Origin: an uncultured Odoribacter sp.
GTDB taxonomy: Bacteria > Bacteroidota > Bacteroidia > Bacteroidales > Marinifilaceae
Assembly: GCA_902461525.1 (NCBI GenBank)
Contig: CABPYD010000001.1
Location: forward strand, 246,835-310,834
Reading direction: 5' to 3'
DNA length: 64,000 nt
Shown here: in pieces, positions 58,401-64,000 of the stretch
Position numbering within the stretch: position 1 is the first letter of the stretch
How the letters are laid out: every line of letters begins with the position of its first letter
Translations under genes and position numbers: made by a program
The notes under the pieces: generated by a model
Databases searched by the model: none
The model's input: the letters and a program-made list of their open reading frames with translations, nothing else
What the model was told of the DNA's origin: nothing

Positions 58401-58661
58401 CAGCTGGATGGAGGATGTGGGGCTGAACCCGCATATGAGTTGGCTGCTCCGCGTTATCCGGAAATTACGATCCATTTGAAAGGAAAGTATGGTCGGGGAG
58501 AATTATTTACGATAGAGGCTCCCGGTGCGTCGGCAGAAACAAAATACATTCGTTCGGCTCGATTGAATGATAAACCCCTTAGCAGTTTCCGTATTCCCCA
58601 GCAGGAAGTTCTGAAGGGCGGCAAACTGGTATTGGAAATGGTTAATAAAGGGAATGATTGA
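55494..58661 (+). CDS. GH92-like glycoside hydrolase (alpha-mannosidase family fold) with about 300-aa N-terminal extension, secreted
   Basis: The signal peptide is MKYFSFILLFQFAVWNTYSA. 'MGTGNSRWMFKPGPCLPLSMVQIAPDN...GYEYTVENIMGFNHISDWTMTG' parallels GH92 'GTGGHGHTFPGATVPFGMVQLSPDT...GFSHTHLSGTG'. 'GDEDLGQMSAWFVMSALGLFQ' parallels GH92 'G.ED.GQMSAWYV.SA.GFYP'. Confidence 0.55.
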   Translation: MKYFSFILLFQFAVWNTYSADIILFEVGKRDSSAAEFALFPDRYKSFLAAFGGEKSYYVGYSLPEKNWPYVLPGPQDSWAGGGYWAGYYPRHFPSLYFQLDKTVKQGDCRFVLYFAGAKKSRETRIRIEINGHRFEQSIEGEDTEEVLNGKVKTGVSREIQLIFPVNWLQKGINRIRLGAVKGHWVLVDAMCLEVPAGVRLGKASAILVRSVQAAPFEYAGEDDKRIQPLLVDMTKLDQSGELTFRVDGLPDLVRRVEKGESIQEIPMPALNGEKATRTRKIRIFAGKEQVFEGYITQSRQPLHTYSDNVDLLMGTGNSRWMFKPGPCLPLSMVQIAPDNQDETWKAGYEYTVENIMGFNHISDWTMTGFLMQPTCGELQVNPGREEFPDEGYRSRIDKSTEKAEVGKYSVFMTDTKIRAEITSTRRAAIQRYTFPQREDARIIIDLFAPNEYPHNLLDAKVTRVSNTEIEGYATYYNAFTGYSLQQYYTLYFVLQFSKPFDSMGGWVNEGVKPVNGYIGGWNRNHQFDTPAEIHLQLDSIRGKGDAGVFVNYRTTEGEQILVRSGISLVDMNGARHNLEQELTGPFGWDFDRVVENARSVWNEYLGRVEIKTDDYLQKKKFYTNFYRALAAKATWSDTDGRFRDEDEQICRLESPDDCIVSGEYWNTFWNNQQLFNLVAPEISSKWARSAIRLYQNSGWFNTDPAGVEHTGVMVAMHPISQILGAWQSGIRDFDLEIAYQGLRKMMTTPPEWYKGGGTVGVEHLVPYMKYGYIPYGKGTVSNTMEYAYDDWCLGQMARILGKDEDYQVFDQRSENWMNLFDPQTGFIRPKDSEGHWIEPFDPYHTPGFTEGNAFNYSWFVPHNPCKLIQLVGQERFVERLNRAMEQSAHANFNAAGDNFAEFPINHGNETSMEVAWLFNWAGKPHLTQKWVRAIQEQYYGVTPYDAYPGDEDLGQMSAWFVMSALGLFQLDGGCGAEPAYELAAPRYPEITIHLKGKYGRGELFTIEAPGASAETKYIRSARLNDKPLSSFRIPQQEVLKGGKLVLEMVNKGND

Positions 58662-58813
58662 TGTGAGGGGGATAAATTTTTGTTTGTGGAGAAGCACTAA
58701 AAACTGTTTTAAAATCATTTAAATTCTGTTTTTTGTGAAAGTTTGTTTAGTTTTGATTCCGATAAATTGCCTTTTGCAGAAGGTTGTTTTTAAACCTATT
58801 TATTTTATTGGAA

Positions 58814-60199
58814 ATGAAGAACTATAAAGTGATTACAGTATTACTATTATTGTTTGCCGTTTATGGGGCAAACGCCCAGCAAGGCTTTGTACATGGACGT
58901 TCGTCGGAATACGTGTGGCCGGAAGATCCGCAAGTAAGGGAAAAGCTGGACCGCTGGCAGGATCTGAAATTCGGGGTGCTTTTACATTGGGGATTGTATT
59001 CTGTTCCCGGTATTGTGGAATCCTGGTCGATATGTTCGGAAGATGAAGAATGGATTCCCCGGGATAGTACTATCGCTTATGAAGATTATAAAAAATGGTA
59101 TTGGGGATTGATCGACCAGTTTAATCCTGTGCGGTTTGACCCGGAGCAATGGGCCAGAGTGTCTAAGGATGCGGGTATGAAATATGTTATTTTTACAACC
59201 AAGCATCACGATGGTTTCAATATGTTCGATACTAAGCAGACTGATTTTTCAATTGCTCATGGTGCTTTCAAGGATAATCCCCGTAAAGATGTAGCAAAAT
59301 ATGTTTTCCAGGCTTATCGTGATCAGGGATTTATGGTAGGGGCTTATTTTTCGAAACCCGATTGGCATTCTGAATATTATTGGTGGCCACGTTATGCTAC
59401 AGGCAGTCGGAATGTAAATTATAAAATCGATAAACATCCGCAGCGTTGGGCTGCCTTTCAGGAATTTACCTTTAACCAGCTTAGTGAACTGATGCACCAT
59501 TATGGTACATTGGATATTCTTTGGTTGGATGGTGGTTGGGTTGCTCCCGGGCGTCAGGATATTAAAATGGATAAAATAGCTGCTATGGCCCGCCAGTCCC
59601 AGCCAGGTTTGATTATGGTGGACCGGACTATTCATGGAAAATATGAAAATTATCAGACTCCTGAACGTTCTATACCGGAAAAGCAACTGCCTTATCCATG
59701 GGAAAGTTGTATTACATTGGGAGTAGATTGGGGTTGGACGCCTCATGCTAAATTTAAATCATCGCAGGAAGTGGTGAATATGCTTATCGAAGTGGTGGCC
59801 AAAGGGGGGTGTTTGCTTTTGGGGGTGGGACCTACGCCTGAAGGTGTTATCCAGCCCGAAGTGGAAGAACGGCTCAAGGCCATTGGTGCGTGGTTGGAAA
59901 AGAATGGGGAAGCGATTTACAATACCCGGATAACTCCCGTATATCAGAGTGGACAAGTGTGGTTTACAGCTGCTAAGGATCAGCATACTCTTTATGCCAT
60001 GTATGCGCTGCCTGAGGGAGAACAAGTTCCTGCTGTCATTGAATGGGAAGGCAATGTTCCCCGGAAAGGGAGCCGGATGATTTTGTTGCAAACCGGGAAA
60101 TCGGTAAAATGGACTAGTCAGGGAGAAAAAGTGAAAGTGTATCTTCCGAAATCCATACTGAAGAATAAGGAGGCTGTTGCCTTTTCTTTTACAAAGTAG
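58814..60199 (+). CDS. GH29 alpha-L-fucosidase, secreted
   Basis: The ORF opens at a TTG (58784). The ATG at 58814 gives MKNYKVITVLLLLFAVYGANAQ. 'LKFGVLLHWGLYSVPG' and 'TKHHDGFNMFDTKQTDFSI' are GH29 motifs. Confidence 0.75.
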   Translation: MKNYKVITVLLLLFAVYGANAQQGFVHGRSSEYVWPEDPQVREKLDRWQDLKFGVLLHWGLYSVPGIVESWSICSEDEEWIPRDSTIAYEDYKKWYWGLIDQFNPVRFDPEQWARVSKDAGMKYVIFTTKHHDGFNMFDTKQTDFSIAHGAFKDNPRKDVAKYVFQAYRDQGFMVGAYFSKPDWHSEYYWWPRYATGSRNVNYKIDKHPQRWAAFQEFTFNQLSELMHHYGTLDILWLDGGWVAPGRQDIKMDKIAAMARQSQPGLIMVDRTIHGKYENYQTPERSIPEKQLPYPWESCITLGVDWGWTPHAKFKSSQEVVNMLIEVVAKGGCLLLGVGPTPEGVIQPEVEERLKAIGAWLEKNGEAIYNTRITPVYQSGQVWFTAAKDQHTLYAMYALPEGEQVPAVIEWEGNVPRKGSRMILLQTGKSVKWTSQGEKVKVYLPKSILKNKEAVAFSFTK

Positions 60200-60208
60200 A
60201 TTAATAAA

Positions 60209-60240
60209 AATAATCCCTTTGATTAAATCAAGGGATTATT
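60209..60240. terminator. Bidirectional terminator hairpin between convergent GH29 and FadL-like genes
   Basis: The hairpin aataatcccttt-gattaaatc-aagggattatt is flanked by an A-run upstream and ttttgtt downstream. Confidence 0.6.
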
Positions 60241-60247
60241 TTGTTAT

Positions 60248-61753
60248 TTAAAACCGTACACCTAAGGTCAGGCGGGCTTCATTGTCATAATACTTATTTG
60301 TAACGGGCAGAGAAGTAAATACCTCGTTATAGAAAGGATTGACACCTGAATAGAAATAGGTTACATCCTTCGTATATTTGTGTATATAGGCAGCATCACA
60401 ATAAAATACTCCGAAATTCAATCCCATTCCGGCTGTAATGGCATGGATTTGATTGTTTTTCTTATCATTTTTATAGGGGCTGGCCTGGAAATTATAACCT
60501 GCACGTAAGCTGAATATACTGTTGAAACGATATTCGGTGCCAAGCCGTATGTTATGGGTGGACCGCAATAGATCTTTCATATCCTGATTCAGCATGTAAT
60601 AATCAGCTCCGTCGTCAGCATCACTATAGTTGGCATTGGTGTAATCGATGTATTCATAGTCTGCACTTAAGATGAAACGTTGTTGCAGGACTGTTGCTAA
60701 GCTCACTGTAGCCCGCCAGGGGGTACGCATACTGTAGTCGAAAGAATAATCTCCTGTAAAACTATAGTAATCATTGAGCAAACCGATTTCAGAATCTGTA
60801 GCCCAGTAAACGGCTCCGATGCCAGCGCTGTAGTTGTAATTCAGGTTATACCAGGTTGGGGTATGGATAGAGGCTCCGATACGTAATTCGGGGATAGGAC
60901 GGTAAATTACTCCGAACGTCAGATTAGTACCTACTCCATTGATTTTTATATGTTTATCATATTGAAATGCATCCAGATACAGGGATAGACTTTCATCGGC
61001 ATATTCTGTATATGAAGATTTGTATTTGTAATATAAGGACTGAATTCCGATACTCATTCCAAGATATAATTTGTCTTTGTAATTAGTTCCGAACGAGAAT
61101 GAATATTCTCCCTGATATCCTTCTTCTTTAGTTGTTTGCCATTGGGCTACAGGAGCGTTGAATATATTGCTGTTTTGATCTTCAACTTCCAGAATGGAAA
61201 AATAATCATTGTTTTCATCTCCGGGAGGGAGGTAAATCAGCTTGGTTTTATAAGCCAGGGCACTTTCCAGATACATATCCGGACTATCAGGGGACAATCC
61301 GTAACTGTCGAAAGCCCACACATTCGTGATGGAGGTAGTAGAATAGCCGATCAGGCGGTCAGTTTTTTTATTAAAATTGTTGAGATTTGTATAATTAATC
61401 CCAAAATTAATCCCTTTCCAATCGAAATTGGGAGAATAGAAACTGAAAACAGCCCCTAGTTGTCCTACCTGAAAGGAGTTTTTGGAAATTGAACCATGTC
61501 CGGATTCAATGTGGCTGAAATTCAGGGAAGGGGTAAAAGCGATCTCAGATTTCCGGAATACTCCGACTCCTGCCGGGTTGGTATTTAAAGAAGATATGTC
61601 ACCTCCCAAAGCTCCGAACGCTCCTCCCATGGCTGCCGACCGGGCACTTCCCAGATTTGAGGTCCTGGAGAATTTTACAGCTTCATCTAAACTCTGGCTA
61701 TATGCCCAATTACTAAGTAGGAGTAAGGCAGATATGATATATAGTTGTTTCAT
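60248..61753 (-). CDS. Outer-membrane beta-barrel protein, FadL/TodX (OMPP1)-like family
   Basis: The signal peptide is MKQLYIISALLLLSNWAYSQ. The N-terminal hatch-like motif 'GSARSAAMGGAFGALGGDISSLNTNPAGVG' parallels FadL '[25 protein letters not shown]'. Alternating aromatic/beta composition runs to a C-terminal Phe. Confidence 0.45.
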   Translation of the reverse strand: MKQLYIISALLLLSNWAYSQSLDEAVKFSRTSNLGSARSAAMGGAFGALGGDISSLNTNPAGVGVFRKSEIAFTPSLNFSHIESGHGSISKNSFQVGQLGAVFSFYSPNFDWKGINFGINYTNLNNFNKKTDRLIGYSTTSITNVWAFDSYGLSPDSPDMYLESALAYKTKLIYLPPGDENNDYFSILEVEDQNSNIFNAPVAQWQTTKEEGYQGEYSFSFGTNYKDKLYLGMSIGIQSLYYKYKSSYTEYADESLSLYLDAFQYDKHIKINGVGTNLTFGVIYRPIPELRIGASIHTPTWYNLNYNYSAGIGAVYWATDSEIGLLNDYYSFTGDYSFDYSMRTPWRATVSLATVLQQRFILSADYEYIDYTNANYSDADDGADYYMLNQDMKDLLRSTHNIRLGTEYRFNSIFSLRAGYNFQASPYKNDKKNNQIHAITAGMGLNFGVFYCDAAYIHKYTKDVTYFYSGVNPFYNEVFTSLPVTNKYYDNEARLTLGVRF

Positions 61754-61777
61754 GTTATTGAAATTAAATGGTGTCGT

Positions 61778-63391
61778 TTATCTTCTGGTTGGTCGGTGAA
61801 CTGCACCGCCTCCGCCTCCACCTCCACCTCCACCACTGCTCCGGCTGGGAATATAACTGCCTCTGCTGCCAGATGAACCGCTACTTCGGGAGGGAGTATA
61901 ACTAGAACCGCTGGACGAACTTCTGGAAGGTATATAACCGGACGAACTATTATTATTGTAGGTCGGGCGGTAACTACTCTGTGGCCGTGAGTAATTTTTT
62001 ACATTACTGGAAGAGCTTGTCCGGCTGGCTGGCCGTGAATATTGGCTGGTGTTGGGTCTGCTAGATGGCCGGGTAACTGAAGTGCCCGGACGGGTTGTGG
62101 TTCCCGGACGGGTAACGGTTGCAGGTCGGGTAGTTGTACCCGGACGGGTAACCGTACCATTGGGGCGGGTGGTGTTGTTACCAGGTCGTGTAACCGAAGT
62201 GCCGGGCCGTGTTGTTGAATTATTTCCGGGTCGGGTGATGGTGACTCCTGGCCGCGTTGTACTACCCGGTCGGGTTACAGTACCATTAGGCCGTATACTA
62301 CTGTTTGTCCCGGGCCGGGTCACTGTGCTGCTATTGGGGCGGGTAGAGGCACTTGTATTCGGGCGGATGTTACCCGGACGTACGGAACCGGCATTTGTAT
62401 TTCCTCCGGAAGGACGGTTAGGCCGTATACTTCCCGCAGTACCTCCTCCGCTATAACTTGGACGCAAACCTGTAATTGGACGGGGACGATTTCCGGAACC
62501 ATGACCACCACCCCAGCCAGGGTGATCCCAGTGGTGATGCCAATGAGGGTTATACCATCCCGGATAGTAACCAAACCAAGGGTTGTACCACGGACCATAC
62601 CATGGGTCGTACCAGCCATACCAGTTATACCATGGATCATACCATCCGGAATTCCAGCCGAATCCGGCATGCCATCCTCCACTCCCCCAGCCGAATCTGA
62701 AACCCCAGTTGCCACGGCGGTTGAAGCTGGCATCGAAAGCATAGCTGTCAAAACGTGGGTTATTCCATATGACTGTCCAGATATATTTGGGGTAGGTGCC
62801 AAAGAGTAAAGAAGAATAGAGTTCAATATTCGAGTTGGAAGGGAACCACCACAGACGTCCATTATCGGTGTATACGTTCCAGTCCGGATCGAAAGACAGA
62901 TTCATGGCAATATCGTAACCATTTGTGTTGAAGGAAGCAAAACCTTCGGGATATAAATTTATAATCCGCTGGATTTCTTCCAGATCGTTTTCGCTTCCTT
63001 TAAAACCTCCGATCCAATAACCTGTGTTTTCATATATAGTGGCGTTGATCTTTTCATTGTTGGCCAGCATATTTTCAGCTTGGGTTGTTAATGCCGCCAT
63101 ATCAACATTTTCTAGTTTACCGGTTTGGCTATTGATCACTTGTTGTTTACTTTGGGTGAATGCTGCCGGTGCAATGCTGCTTCCCTTTGCATGGGAAACT
63201 TCCTCAGGATAAGTATCGGTTTGAATTGAACTACTGATTTCTTGTCCGGTTAAATTTTCCACTTCTTTGACCATTAACGCTTTTTTCCCCGGGACATAAT
63301 AAATATCATCCTCCATGGTGAAGCTTCGGTTCGTGGAGCAAGATATTGCCGTGAGGGCAATAATTGCTGTGTATAATGCCAGATATCTCAT
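61778..63391 (-). CDS. Low-complexity repeat lipoprotein: structured N-terminal domain (~290 aa), W/Y/P/G aromatic block, ~15 (T/S)xTRPG repeats, Ser-rich YxPSRSS repeats, Gly10 tail
   Basis: The lipobox is 'IALTAISCS'. The aromatic block reads 'GWYDPWYNWYGWYDPWYGPWYNPWFGYYPGWYNPHWHHHWDHPGWGGGHGSGN'. Repeats such as 'TVTRPGSTTRPGVTITRPGNNSTTRPGTSVTRPG...' follow. The C-terminus reads 'GGGGGGGGGGAVHRPTRR'. It sits 24 bp upstream of the FadL-like gene on the same strand. Confidence 0.6.
   Translation of the reverse strand: MRYLALYTAIIALTAISCSTNRSFTMEDDIYYVPGKKALMVKEVENLTGQEISSSIQTDTYPEEVSHAKGSSIAPAAFTQSKQQVINSQTGKLENVDMAALTTQAENMLANNEKINATIYENTGYWIGGFKGSENDLEEIQRIINLYPEGFASFNTNGYDIAMNLSFDPDWNVYTDNGRLWWFPSNSNIELYSSLLFGTYPKYIWTVIWNNPRFDSYAFDASFNRRGNWGFRFGWGSGGWHAGFGWNSGWYDPWYNWYGWYDPWYGPWYNPWFGYYPGWYNPHWHHHWDHPGWGGGHGSGNRPRPITGLRPSYSGGGTAGSIRPNRPSGGNTNAGSVRPGNIRPNTSASTRPNSSTVTRPGTNSSIRPNGTVTRPGSTTRPGVTITRPGNNSTTRPGTSVTRPGNNTTRPNGTVTRPGTTTRPATVTRPGTTTRPGTSVTRPSSRPNTSQYSRPASRTSSSSNVKNYSRPQSSYRPTYNNNSSSGYIPSRSSSSGSSYTPSRSSGSSGSRGSYIPSRSSGGGGGGGGGGAVHRPTRR
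62049..62456 (-). repeat. Degenerate tandem coding repeats (6-8 codon units encoding (T/S)xTRPG) inside the lipoprotein gene
   Basis: The periodicity is visible in the protein and in mirror ORFs on both strands (GRVTVP / GRVVVP repeats in the + frame). Confidence 0.6.
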
Positions 63392-63451
63392 ATACTTTAT
63401 TTTTTTATATATATATCAAAAACTATACCAAGAGTCATGGAATAAAAATAA

Positions 63452-64000
<549 letters not shown>

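Noticed and set aside
62049-62456. Possible CRISPR-like array suggested by short tandem repeats
   Set aside because: The repeats are degenerate 18-24-nt coding units with no unique spacers, and they lie inside a long ORF. This is not a CRISPR array.
62049-62862. Plus- and minus-frame ORFs (135, 102, 74 and 180 aa) within the repeat lipoprotein gene, encoding GRVTVP/GRVVVP-type repeats
   Set aside because: They are alternative-frame readings of the tandem coding repeats. Only the long minus-strand frame has a lipoprotein signal and a continuous 537-aa ORF.

Overview
This window is one strand-biased Bacteroidota (Bacteroidales-type) accessory region, almost entirely a very large glycan/glycoprotein utilisation locus. 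No tRNA, rRNA, CRISPR array, transposase or integrase was recognised.

Reading 5' to 3':
- **Secreted glycoside hydrolases and partners (1..23560):** a partial GH3 gene at the left edge, then heparinase II/III-like, M60-like peptidase, GH95-like, parallel beta-helix protein, Ser-type sulfatase, two GH35, two GH43, GH29 and GH97 genes, plus an uncharacterised 757-aa secreted protein.
- **Regulatory and uptake module (23580..39049):** divergent ECF sigma and FecR-type anti-sigma genes, then SusC-like with an N-terminal signalling domain, SusD-like, a DUF4843-like small lipoprotein, a ~515-aa PKD-like lipoprotein, a redox-dead thioredoxin-like protein, an HEVGHAIGLTHNFGG zinc metalloprotease, a BACON+M60-like peptidase and a catalytic thioredoxin (WCGPC).
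- **More hydrolases (39309..46545):** GH2, a second GH35 and an uncharacterised 746-aa protein.
- **Minus-strand xylose operon (46653..54083):** Nudix/NrtR-like regulator, xylB, xylA, an MFS sugar:H+ symporter and a GH3 xylosidase-type enzyme. The MFS and GH3 genes read through in one frame across an A7 homopolymer.
- **Right end (54400..64000):** AraC regulator, GH92-like, a second GH29, a FadL/TodX-like outer-membrane barrel operonic with a highly unusual repeat lipoprotein, and the 5' end of proS.

The lipoprotein has a W/Y/P/G aromatic block, about 15 (T/S)xTRPG repeats, Ser-rich YxPSRSS repeats and a Gly10 tail.

A family of about 31-nt intergenic hairpin repeats occurs five times. It keeps a conserved 15-nt loop (cRgggacggRgcttt) while the 8-bp stem varies with compensatory changes.

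The most interesting candidates for undescribed biology are:
- the SusC/SusD + DUF4843 + PKD-like + thioredoxin pair + dual metallopeptidase cassette, which looks like a glycoprotein-core-attacking module;
- the FadL-like + TRPG-repeat lipoprotein pair;
- the hairpin repeat family.
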